A DNA stretch of 64,000 nt from positions 7,378,001-7,442,000 of the forward strand of contig CP075492.1 of assembly GCA_021613535.1 (NCBI GenBank). The letters run 5' to 3'. The first letter of the stretch is position 1, and each line of letters opens with the position of its first letter. The translations under genes and the position numbers were made by a program. The notes under the pieces are model-generated. The model saw only the letters and a list, made by a program, of their open reading frames with translations. It searched no databases and was not told where the DNA came from. The DNA comes from Adineta vaga (taxonomy: Eukaryota > Animalia > Rotifera). Below are positions 21,903-33,465 of the stretch, piece after piece.

Positions 21903-23661
21903 TGATTATCTCTTCTTTAGTGCAGAACTTGTTTTTGTTTATGACTATTATCTACTCATTGTCGTTCTCTCTCTCTCTTATCAGTCATTTACTTGAGGTA
22001 TTTCAGTATATAAAATTTTATTTACAATTACAAAAGAAATAAAATAACGGATATTTGATTTATTATAACAGAAACAAAATCATCCAAAAAAAAGAAAATG
22101 AATAAAGAGCCAGCAAAGAACGATTTGATTGATCAAAATCATCCAACACCATTTTAGATATTCTTCTCTCTTCATTAACTTCTGCATGTATCGAGTAGGA
22201 TTCAAAATTTTGTGGGTTTACATGTTTTATTTAAATCTTCAAGAAAACTCTGTTAATCTATGTAGGTCAGCATGAAAGTCTCATAAATAATGATGAGTTA
22301 AATCAATATAAGAGAAATCGGTTGATTAAATTATTGATAAAGAAAATTTAGAAGTTTAGAAGTTAAAGTAGTTGTCTATCTATTAGTTAAACATCTATCC
22401 ATTTGCATATATATATTTCGATTGAAAAATACGGTTTTTTCGTCATTCGAAAGATTCGACCAAAAACTTTTAGTATAAACTAACTAGATAAACACAAAAA
22501 TAAATATGTTAGTAAATTTTCGATTTCATTTTTATTAAGTTTTTTTTTCTAAAAATAATTCGAAAAAATGAAAATCATGACTATAAAGAATTATGCTAAC
22601 TGTCGAGCATTTTAGTTAAGAATCAATAGATATTTCAATTTATAAAAATATTTTTGATTAGATTTTAATTATATAAATAATAATATCAAATGTAATATTT
22701 TCTTATGAAATAATTCGATACAAGACAGATTGTGATATATCGTTTGTTGAAGAGTTTTTTTTGTGAATAAAGAGTTTTCTCAATAAAAAGAAAAAGAAAT
22801 AAATAAACTGGAGAGTTCTTTCAATGTTGTCGACATAAATACGGACGATATATTTGTATTTGATGAAATGAAGAATTTTTATAATGAGATTAGTCGTATA
22901 TTTTCATTAATCAGAATAGGGAAATGAAATGATCTATTTGGTTATTTGAAAACAATTGACGATCGAAAAGCTTCAATAGATCAAAAAATCTTATTGGAGA
23001 ATTGTGTCTTTGTAACATGAATGAAACCTATCGTAAAAATAGTTGATTTATTTTTATAATAGACTATTCTCAGAGGACTCTAGCAAGCTTTTAATGAAGG
23101 ACGAGAATAACTGACAATTGTATAATTGATTTGTTCGCTTATTTATTATTTATTGCAAATTGTCATAGACAATTGAAAAGTTAGAATCGTGTTTACAACG
23201 TTGCTATGAAGGTTTTGTTCAAATGACAAATCCAACTAATTCAATAGAAACATCATTTGCATGAAGTTTTCGATTTCAACAAAATCTTTCTTCTTCTTTC
23301 GATTTTCTTTCAATCTTATAATTATATTATATCATAAGAAATAAAGGTATTTGAATTTATCGACACAAATTAAACATTCGTCATTTATTCGGTAGATATC
23401 TAAAGATTATTGATTTATTGACAAAATGTGCATGGATATTAATGAAAACCTTCATTTGATTTGAGAATAAATAGTTGCGATTGTATAACTAAACGATACT
23501 TTCTAAATAACAATACTCGAAAAAATTCAGAAGAAAAAGAAAAATAAGTAAATATTTATTTATTGATTAAACAATTCTATTCTTACATGGTAAGAAAAAG
23601 AAAACATAAATTATTTAACAATATTTATTTGTATATAATCAATTAGAATATTTCGATACGA

Positions 23662-23949
23662 ACCCAGATCGACAAATCCGATAGGGTCCAACGTTCCTAC
23701 AAAATTCGGTCGGATTCGTTGACGGATCTCTATTGCATTCCTTCAGTAAAATTTCCGTCGGTGGCTGCAAATTTTATGAGTGTTCTTTTTAGTTATATTT
23801 TATTACGATCTTATAGCCACCTGTTGGATCCGTCGAAATCCGTTTTTTGGAAACTATAAGAGCCTATGTTGGATCCGCAACCGACAGAATCCGAAGTGAT
23901 TCTGTTACCAGGAATCCGATAGGATATTATCGGATTGGTCGACCTGGGT
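23662..23949. mobile_element. Non-autonomous DNA transposon (MITE), 288 bp
   Basis: 22-bp TIRs acccagatcgacaaatccgata / tatcggattggtcgacctgggt (2 mismatches). GC-richer interior with repeated aatccg/cggatt and ggatcc motifs. No ORF. Confidence 0.8.
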
Positions 23950-24018
23950 ATAGACCAACATATTTCATTATTTAATCTTAATCGATATTTATTTTTACAT
24001 AAAAATCTAACGTCTAAT

Positions 24019-24210
24019 CAAGGGGAAAGGCGACTTGGTACTTCAAGTAGCTTTGAAAAACTTGAAAGTATTTGAAGAAAATCTGAATATAATTCGTAGC
24101 TGTTTTATATCAACTTGAAATTAATCAAATTTACTTCAAGTAAATAGTGAGCTTTATCGATTATTTACTATGAGACTTGAAGATAATTCAAGTCTGCCTT
24201 TTCCTCCTTG
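24019..24210. mobile_element. Degenerate MITE, ~190 bp
   Basis: Imperfect TIRs caaggggaaaggcgacttg...cttcaagt versus the reverse complement of acttgaag...caagtctgccttttcctccttg. Internal acttgaa/ttcaagt repeats. Confidence 0.6.
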
Positions 24211-25105
24211 CGTATGATTCATAATTCTCACCGATCTTCATGAATATTTGAACCGATATTTTCTCTTATCATAATAATTAACCAAGATAATGTTTTTACA
24301 TCCATTGAATTCAACAATGGTAGATCAGCAGCTGTTTGTAAACTATGATATAAATTACATATTTCAACAAACAGTTCATTTCATAGTTCGTCATTATGAC
24401 TAATAATTTCACATAAAGCACTAGATGAAGCCATCACCGTTTCTAACAGCAATCTGAAACAGAAGATCACAGTATACTGTGGGATTGGAAGCAAAGTATC
24501 AAGTGATACTCTGATTTTTTTCCCAGCGTATCAGAAAGTATCCTACATAAAAACATAAAACTAATTTTATGTTTTTATTTTGGTTGTTTTGAATGAAAGT
24601 TTTCTATTGTCCAGTTCTGGAGATCATCGCATCAGAAAATGACCATTTCGCATGCGTACGTCGAGTAAGGTTATAAAGTAAGACAAAAAAGAAACTTGCG
24701 AAGCACTACAGTAATGCTCAGCTCATTCTTCGCATCGCATTAGAAACGCTGGTTAACATATACAATATCATATCGAAACAGAATACAAAGAATGAAATAG
24801 ATAATACAGGATTGGTTATATCTAGAAAGAATGTTTCAGTGTGAAAAACATATATATATATATATAAGAATAGATTTGAATAGCGACATCATTTTAAACT
24901 ATATGATTTGTCGTTATATCGTCAGAAACATACAAAGACCGCTCGTTCACATCATTAGGACAATGATTCGATCATATTCATAATTCTGTGACCGATCGAT
25001 CATTCATTAAATTTTGTCATCATTTGTTTTCTTTTCCTTCAGAATAAATTACTTACATGATAACTATCGACTAATTTCGTTCATTAATATTGTCTATTAT
25101 ACAAC

Positions 25106-28100
25106 ATGCTTGTACATCTTTCGACAACAAGTCCATATGTCTGGTTAGCTTGACTCCTTTATTGTTGAAATTCTTTAAAATATCTATTGACTACTGTTTT
25201 AGTGATATAAGCCTTGGACCTATTGAACAGGCAGATCGTATGGCTTCGGCACCGACAAAAACTGTCATTCCATATCTTGAATTGAAAGAAAGTTTTCCAA
25301 AATTTCAACAAACGCGTACACCATTAAAACTGCTCGCACCCGACGAAGTACCTATGAATACAAGTATTGCAACAACTGCAACCGATACAAATAATAGTCG
25401 ACAAACAAGTCTTCAACCAGTTTGGTATACAGAACAAACAATTGTAGATGAAAATAATGATCAACAACGAAATTCATTGAGATCATCACTAAATCATCGT
25501 CATGATTTAACACGTTCAACTTTACCTACCATTGAAAGTAATAGTCCAGAAATTGAAGATGAACTTATTGAAAAAGAACCTCTTACAACAAAACCATCAT
25601 TAATGCGTAAATCATCAACATTTACCATTGAACAACAATCATCAATTGATATTCCATCACCATTAAATGAATCAGAAAAGGAAAATAATGTAGATATGAT
25701 TATTACATCAACACAGTAAGTATCGACTGAAAACACTTCATTGAAAGAGATTATAACATAATCTTTGATGAAATCTAGAAAATAGAAATAATGATTTATT
25801 TTTAGACAAGAACCTACAAAACCAATCCAGCATCCTACTGAACCGTCTGATGAATCTTTTCGTGCTCTCGAACATCTCTTAGGTCTTGGTTCAACAAATG
25901 CAAACTTAACAATGACAACTATGACGCAAGAATCTCCAAAAAGTAATCATGAATCACTTTCATTAACCATTGTTACACCAACAGAATTAATCAATCAAAC
26001 GGGTACATCGTTACATTTAAGTTATGCACCAGCAGGTGGCGGAGGTAGTGTACCATCTTCTCAAAATATTCTTCTTATGCCAACAATTGAAAGTATAACT
26101 GATCCAAGTATAAACTCAACAATTCCACCACCATTTGAAGTTGATAATAGTGAAATTGAAGAACCATCATCAACAAGTGGAACAGTGATTAATCCAGATA
26201 TATCAAAATGTACTGAAGATTCATTTCATTTTACTGATGAAGATGAGGAAAGATTAGAAACGCCAAAAGAGAATACAAACACAGAAGAAGAAGACGATAA
26301 TGATACTGAAGATAATAATTTTTCTTTTGAATTAAATGATTTTCCAAATGATTCAAAAGATACTGTGAATGAATCCCTAGTGCAACAACCTCCTGCTCCT
26401 CCTCCAATAATTACAATTCGTGCACCAACAAGTGCTGATGTTGCTTATAGAGCTTTAATTAAAGCTCGATCTGGTGGCAGAATATCTCAACCAATGAAAA
26501 CTGAATCACCATTAGCAAAGCCAGGTAGACAAGAGAAAAAGAAATCATTTTATCTCTAAAAGTTGATTTTAAGATCCATTCAAATTAACAGTACGATCAT
26601 CTGTTCCAATACCATCACCTACACGAACATCACGTGTATTACGTTCAAGTTCACGTCGAATTTCAATTGATCCTACTTCAGAAACGTCTACGACAGAAGA
26701 AATCAATACATCAAGTATGTTATTGAAACAATAAAGATATCAGATACAGACGTTTTTCGAAACTCTTTTTTGATGTATCTCAAAATGTTTTATTCGTTTA
26801 GATGTATTGCCTGATGATCAGTGTTTTGTGAATGAGAATAAAATTAATGATGATTATCCTCGTATTGAACTCGTTGAAGTTGTTAGTGTTCTTGATGAAG
26901 AGGAAATGGAACAAGAACAACCAGCTGGTATTACTCTTAATCTTACCGAAACAAAAGAGGTTGATTCAACATCACCAACAAGTGCAGAGGAAGCTGATTG
27001 TAGTGCCTCTTCGTCTTGTTCATCTTATGTATCACTACAAAAAGATATTGGTACACCAACAGATCCAAAAATGCCAGTTTTATCAAGAGAATTTACTTAC
27101 AATACTCCAACATCACGAACAACTCGTTCATCACTACGTCGATCCATTATAATAAATCATCAAAGTTATTCACGTTCAAATCAATCTCTTATTCCTACAA
27201 TACCCGAACAACCAGTAATAAATAGTGAAGAAGAAGAAGAAGAAGAAGAAGATCTTAGTACTTATTCTATACCAGCATCATCAATGTCTAAAACATTGTT
27301 AACAAGTCTTTCGACAAATCCTACAGTTATGAGTGAAGCACCACCGATAATCCTACAAAAATCTTTAGCAGGTTCGGCTTCACCATCACCGAATCCAACT
27401 CCAGTCATAACTGTTCGTCAAAGTGAACGTTTATCATCAGCTTTATCACCTCGACGAAGTATTAATCCTCTTCATTCTTCAACACCATCAGTTAGATGCA
27501 AATCTCTACAAATGGTTTTACTTGATGAACAAGAACAACTTTCGACAACAGCTCCAAAACATTTACAAATTGACTTAACAGCAGAAGATGTTGAAATGCT
27601 TGATAATGAACAACAAGTTGATATTCCTATTCAAAGTAAAGCATTATTATATTATCTATTTTCAATGTCTTCTCTTCTCTCTTAGTTCAACATGTCGCTG
27701 ATGAAGGTATTCAAACATCTCCAATTCAACCACCACGTCGAATCGATATCAGTGTACAAACAACACCCAGTCTCGATCCATTATCTCGTCGTTGTTTTCA
27801 AACAATGGAGCAACAAACAACACCAATTGTTGCACGTTCATCATCATCATCCAGTTGTCAAACAACTCCTATTGCTATTAAAATTCAACAAACGAGTCCA
27901 ATGATTCCATATGCATCGTTGTCATCATCATCGGAAATGATCATCGAAGAACAGGAACAACAACAACAACAAGTCACACCATTACATAGTAAAGCGATCA
28001 TACATCTAAGACGAAATGTTCGTTTTCAGTTTACACCATCCACTGATGCACGTCTGACCGCCAAAGAAAAATTAGAAGAAGAACAACGACACATGAGACC

Positions 28101-29422
28101 AGATATTATTATTAATCATACAACAGAGACCGTTCCATCGGATAATGAACGTGAAGAAGACACTGAGGATGAGGCAACAAAAACAAAAAAGAAGATTTCG
28201 ACATCAAAAAAGAAGAAAGTTATCGTTACACCAGCAAAAACGGATGATAGTTCAGAAGAAACGGTTAGTTTGTACATTTACGTTTCCTATTTTCATTTAA
28301 CCATTGATATATTATCTAGAATGAATCACCTGTGAAGCGAACGACTCGTAAACAACGTTCCAAAGAATCGTCGAATGATGAACAATCAAAATCAAACGAT
28401 ACGCATGTAACATCAACAACATCCACCAAGAAGAAATCATCAAAACGCTCGGCTAGAAAGGAAAAAGAATCATCACCTGTCAAAGAATTGCCAGTAGTCG
28501 AACCAGAAATTGTCATTATAGCTCCATCTCCACCGTCCATTGTAAAACGTGCTGGTCGTAAACGAGCGAATCCAAAAACATCGACAACGTCTCCGCCAGA
28601 AACAACAAGTCCACCTGAGCAAGTGACCAAGCGTGCTAAAACTACAACAAAAACAATAGAAGTGAAACAACCTGTTCGAGGTAATTCAAAGCATATTGAA
28701 TCTACTTAGACATTTAAAATTATTCTTGCAGTTCCATCACCTGAAGTACTTTCAACACGTGGCCGTTCAAAGACTCCAGTAATGGTTAACACTGCTATAA
28801 AATCAACATCATCACCAGAACCAGCGGAACTACCACCGCCACCACCACCACCATCATCAAGCAGTTCAACAAAAAAAACGAAAAAAGCTTTATCTGAATC
28901 CAGTCCACTTGAACATTCATCAATTCCAACAACCAATAAACGTAAAAATACTACCTCAACAATAAAAAAAGGCAAACGACGATTACATAGTGTCGAACAA
29001 GACGAAGGCCTAAATACTGCTGATGAAGAAGAAACAGTTCATACACTTGCTCCTCCTATGGAATTAACATCCATTGAATTAAGTCAAGAAGAACGAGAAA
29101 AGGTAAGATTGAATTGTTATTCGAATCAATAACATAAATATTTTCATGATTAGATCGAAGGATTAACTGTTGCTGAGCTCAAAGTTCGTTTAACTACATA
29201 TAATGAAACATTACCTAAAGGTGCCCGGAAAGCCGATCTTGTTGCTTTACTTCTTAGAATCGAAACAAATTTACTCAAAGGTAAACCTTATGACATAAAA
29301 GATCATCTATAAGTCTAATCGAGAATATGAATATATTTTTAGAAAAAAAAGAAGCCGAAGTTATTCCAGTTGTTAGTGTTCCTACTGATCCTCCAACTCG
29401 AAAAACACGTCGAAAGAAATAA
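25106..29422 (+). CDS. Large S/T/P/E-rich disordered protein with C-terminal SAP DNA-binding domain
   Basis: Consecutive long ORFs joined by short GT-AG introns. Basic NLS-like tracts. Penultimate exon IEGLTVAELKVRLTTYNETLPKGARKADLVALLLR matches the SAP consensus. Start inferred from ATGCTTGTA...TG|gttag spliced in frame. Confidence 0.75.
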
Positions 29423-30137
29423 ATGATGTTGAAAAATCGTTAAACTATTGATTTCTCTCTTTTTTAATTGTATTCTTCTATTTCATTGTTGTTGTTGTTG
29501 TTGATCTTCAATTGTTTCTCGAGTGTACGTTTCTTTTTTTTTTCTTATAAAATGAGCTCGTTACTTTCTCTTTATCTACACGTAGATTCAGTTTGTTCAT
29601 TCTATTGATTGAAATATAAAATGAATAATTTCCTAATTCAAATTCTCATATTCTTATATACATATATTTTTTCTTTGTTCGTCTTATCTTTACTCATATA
29701 TATACATACGTGTGTGTGTGTTTGTGTATCATCTTTATCTTGTGAAAATGATGTATCGCAATACATAGAACTTAGCCTTTACAAGGGCTTTCAAGATGAA
29801 CTTTTGTTTTTCTGTTTATTCAATATAAAAGATTTTTGTTTATCATCTCTTACATAGTAATGTAAATATTTATTCCCTACTTATTATCTTTCAATCATAT
29901 TTGTAGTGCTGAAAGTGAATTACATTTCGAGGTTGATTTTCTTTACATTCTTTCACCGTTTGGACGCTGTTATGTAAATTCATTAAAAAAAATACAATTT
30001 TATATATTTGAATTAATAGTAGAGTATGGTGAACAAGAAAAAGATTTCTTTTAAATCATTAGTACCGAGAAAAGTAAAGGTAAACATAACATCAATAAGG
30101 ATTATTTTTTTCATTTTCTTTTCAACGAAACTTACAA

Positions 30138-32138
30138 ATGGGTTGCAAATCGTCGAAAATAGTTCCTGTGTGTAGAAAGAATTTTGAAACTTTTTCTATT
30201 CTTTGGCTTGATGCTGAAGTCAATACAACTGAAGAAAATCGACAAATCCAAAAAGTATTACGTTCAACGATTGATCATTTGGTTACTTTTGAACATATTC
30301 CTACATGTCGAGCACATATTTCTAATCTATCCTCTGTTGAGCGATCCATTCTTATTGTTAGTGGTCGATATTGTCGAGAGATCATACCTCACATACATGA
30401 TCTCTCACAACTTTCATCGATTTATATTTTCTGTAAAAATCAACAAAAGTATGAACAATGGGCTCAAAGTTTCAAAAAAGTCGTAGGTGTTTTCGTTCAA
30501 CTTTCTGATCTCGTCAATAAAATCAAGAGTGATCATATGAATCAACGCAAACTTATAGAACCCATGTCGATTAGTGTTTATAAAGATACCGAAAATCTTG
30601 GTAAATCAACAACAGAACTTAATGGTCAATTTATTCATTCACTTTTACTGATCGATGTTCTTATTCGAACGAAATCATCACAGAAAGATAGAAAAGATTT
30701 AGTTATGCGTTGCAAAAATGCATATGATTTTGAAAGTACACAATTACCTTTAATTGATAAATTTGAAGCAACGTACACAGCAGATCGAGCTATTTGGTGG
30801 TATACACAAGAATGTTTTCTATATAATATGTTAAACAGAGCTTTACGAACTTCAGATATTGATTTATTATTTTTCTTTCGATTTGTTATTCGTGATATCT
30901 ATTGTGAATTGAAAAAGAATCAATGTCAATCACAAATTGAAGTTTATCGAGGTCAATTAATGTCGAATGATGAATTAAAAATACTTCAATCATCAATTGG
31001 AAAGTGTTTTTCAGTCAATTCATTTTTCTCAACAACGCTTGATTGTAATAAAGCAATTGAATTCTTAAAGAACAGTTCAAAATATTTAAATCGTATACTG
31101 TTTACTATTGATGCTGATCCTCAAGTAAAATCTAGTAAACCATTTGCAGATATCAGCGAATCAAGTCGTTTTAATGATGAACGTGAGATACTATTTATGA
31201 TCGGATCAATTTTTCGTTTAATTCAGATTGATTTTGAAAAAGAATCAAAAATTTATAAGATTAAAATGAAATTATGTGGAGATAATGATCATGATATGAA
31301 ACCACTTTTCGATCATATGAAAAAATTCTATGGAGGTGGAAATACTGAAATAAGTCTTTCATCTTATGCTGATGTTTTACGTCAAATGGGTGAATATGAT
31401 AAGGCTGAAGAGATATGCAATCGATTATTAAATGAACTTTCATCGAATGATCCTAAACTATTTGATATTTATTGGTTATATGGTACGATATGTAATGATA
31501 AAGGTGAATATGATGCTAGTCTCGAATGGTTCAATAAAGCGTATCAATTAAAAATGGAAACAGATCCCAATGATCATTTAAAAATTAGTCATATATTCAA
31601 TTGGTTAGGAACACTCCATCGACGTAAAGGTCAACTTGATAAAGCATTAGAATATTATAACAAAGCCATTGAACTTTGTCCAAAAGAAAATAATGCAAAT
31701 CGTCGATATATGGCTTTTTGTTATAACAATATTGCTATCGTATATAAAGAACAGAAGAAATATAATGAAGCATTAGATTTCTACAATAAAATATTAATGA
31801 TTGAACAAAATGAAATACCTAGTGATTCTCCAGAAATGGGTGCGATTTATAATAATATTGGGAATTTACATTCTGAACTTGGTCAATATGAACAAGCTAT
31901 GGAATATCAACAAAAAGCTCTCATTATTCGAACTAAAGCACTTCCTCCTACACATTCAGAACTAGCCAAGAGTCATGCAAATATTGGTCTTGTGCATGAA
32001 AAAATTGGTGAATTACATGCAGCATTAACCAATTTAGAAATAGCAGCAAAAATTGCTACCTCTACATTATCGTCTGAACATGCGGAAGTTATTGAAATAC
32101 AGAAAACTATTCGACGCATTCGTTCAAAACTTAATTAG
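30138..32138 (+). CDS. ADP-ribosyltransferase (ARTC/R-S-E type) + TPR repeat protein, intronless, 666 aa
   Basis: MGCKSSK lipidation motif, ILWLD receiver-like N-domain, AIWWYT...LNRALR, catalytic VYRGQ / FFSTT / DEREILF, and ~6 TPRs (YNNIG, ALEYYNKA). Confidence 0.9.
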   Translation: MGCKSSKIVPVCRKNFETFSILWLDAEVNTTEENRQIQKVLRSTIDHLVTFEHIPTCRAHISNLSSVERSILIVSGRYCREIIPHIHDLSQLSSIYIFCKNQQKYEQWAQSFKKVVGVFVQLSDLVNKIKSDHMNQRKLIEPMSISVYKDTENLGKSTTELNGQFIHSLLLIDVLIRTKSSQKDRKDLVMRCKNAYDFESTQLPLIDKFEATYTADRAIWWYTQECFLYNMLNRALRTSDIDLLFFFRFVIRDIYCELKKNQCQSQIEVYRGQLMSNDELKILQSSIGKCFSVNSFFSTTLDCNKAIEFLKNSSKYLNRILFTIDADPQVKSSKPFADISESSRFNDEREILFMIGSIFRLIQIDFEKESKIYKIKMKLCGDNDHDMKPLFDHMKKFYGGGNTEISLSSYADVLRQMGEYDKAEEICNRLLNELSSNDPKLFDIYWLYGTICNDKGEYDASLEWFNKAYQLKMETDPNDHLKISHIFNWLGTLHRRKGQLDKALEYYNKAIELCPKENNANRRYMAFCYNNIAIVYKEQKKYNEALDFYNKILMIEQNEIPSDSPEMGAIYNNIGNLHSELGQYEQAMEYQQKALIIRTKALPPTHSELAKSHANIGLVHEKIGELHAALTNLEIAAKIATSTLSSEHAEVIEIQKTIRRIRSKLN

Positions 32139-32178
32139 TTATTTCTAAGCGAGTTATATTACGAAATAATTGAACATT

Positions 32179-33097
32179 TCATAAAAGTAAACGAATTTTA
32201 TCTCGCACACATTTTCTTAATTGATGATTGTAACAAAATAAATCGATTATACAACATAATGAACCTACTATACTTAAAAGTTCTAGACATGTGTACACCA
32301 AATGACTAACATTGCCATTATAATCAATAACTATTAATGAATACAAAGGAACCCATCCAATAAAAATTATACCAAACATAAGGATTGTATGTCGTAATAA
32401 ATGTAGATCTCGTCGAGATATTCTCAGTAGTTGAGTACTAGAAACTGTACTAGTATTTTGTGGCTGAACTCGTTGCGAAGAAGCATAAGCATGTTTGAAT
32501 ATAGATAAATTCAGACAAAGAGTAACTATCGGTGGAGATATTTCTGCAACAATTAAGATATATAACATAAGCCAAGATGGAAGTATACAATTCTATAATT
32601 GATAATCAAATCAGATCAGAAAAAGTTTTCATTTGTAAAAGAAATAAAGATAAATTTCTTATCGGTCGAATAAATATTGGAAATGGCATTGCTATAAGAC
32701 AAGCAACTATCCATTGAGTACTACTACAAATAACAATAAATGTTTTCGTTTGAAAAAATCTTTCCGAACGATATATTATGGAATAGAATCGATTAATAGT
32801 AATCATTAAGAATGTAAATGGTACTTGACAAGTACATATGATGATTACAAAGAATAAGAGGGAACATGTATCGTTTTTATATAACTGTTCAATATAAAAC
32901 TCAAACATAATGAAATAAAATAACCAAAAGATTGAACATAAAATAGTAACAAGAGAAATGTTTAATGTCAAGAAATTAGTTCGATTATGAAAACGTCGAA
33001 GAAATAGGATAGGAATCGAATAGATCAAAGCAAGAAGAATATTGAAAACATTAACAATTATTTTTAAAATAGCAAAACTCCTTTCGATATCGAACAT
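32179..33097 (-). CDS. Divergent class-A-like 7TM receptor; intron donor reads AT instead of GT
   Basis: Two hydrophobic ORFs with TM3 ITINRFYSI, TM6 IGWVP and TM7 IIDLFCYN. They join in frame (RP|NCILPSW) via intron 32593-32662, which begins ataaga. Confidence 0.75.
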
Positions 33098-33465
33098 TTG
33101 TAGTTCTTTTAGACTAACAATATTAACAAGTAAAAACTTTCTGTTTCTTTAAAATATTCTTTTGATACATGGAACAATAAAAGAAATGAAATTTATGCAT
33201 TCTTTTGATGAAAGATTTTTATAAAAAAAACACAAATGAGTAGAGAATATGTTAACCTTTCATGTAATTTGACTTGTAAGATAGGACTATGCCTTACTTT
33301 ATTATTAAATCATTCATGTTACAGAAAAAAGAAATGAGAGATCAGTTCTCGTATGATATATAATTCACTTTGATAGATTTATCTAAAATAAAAACAATTT
33401 TCTCAAGACAAAAACGTGATCACTAGGAAAATCTTTAAGCGTGATATAGTCCAGTTAGATATATT

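Noticed and set aside
22000-25050. Hidden gene or autonomous transposon in the long gap
   Set aside because: No ORF of 60 aa or more and no transposase or RT motifs seen; only two MITEs.
28316-28975. Minus-strand ORFs over the SAP gene (and similar shadows over RPS24, the zinc finger and EDC4)
   Set aside because: Antisense shadows of codon-biased real exons with no independent evidence.
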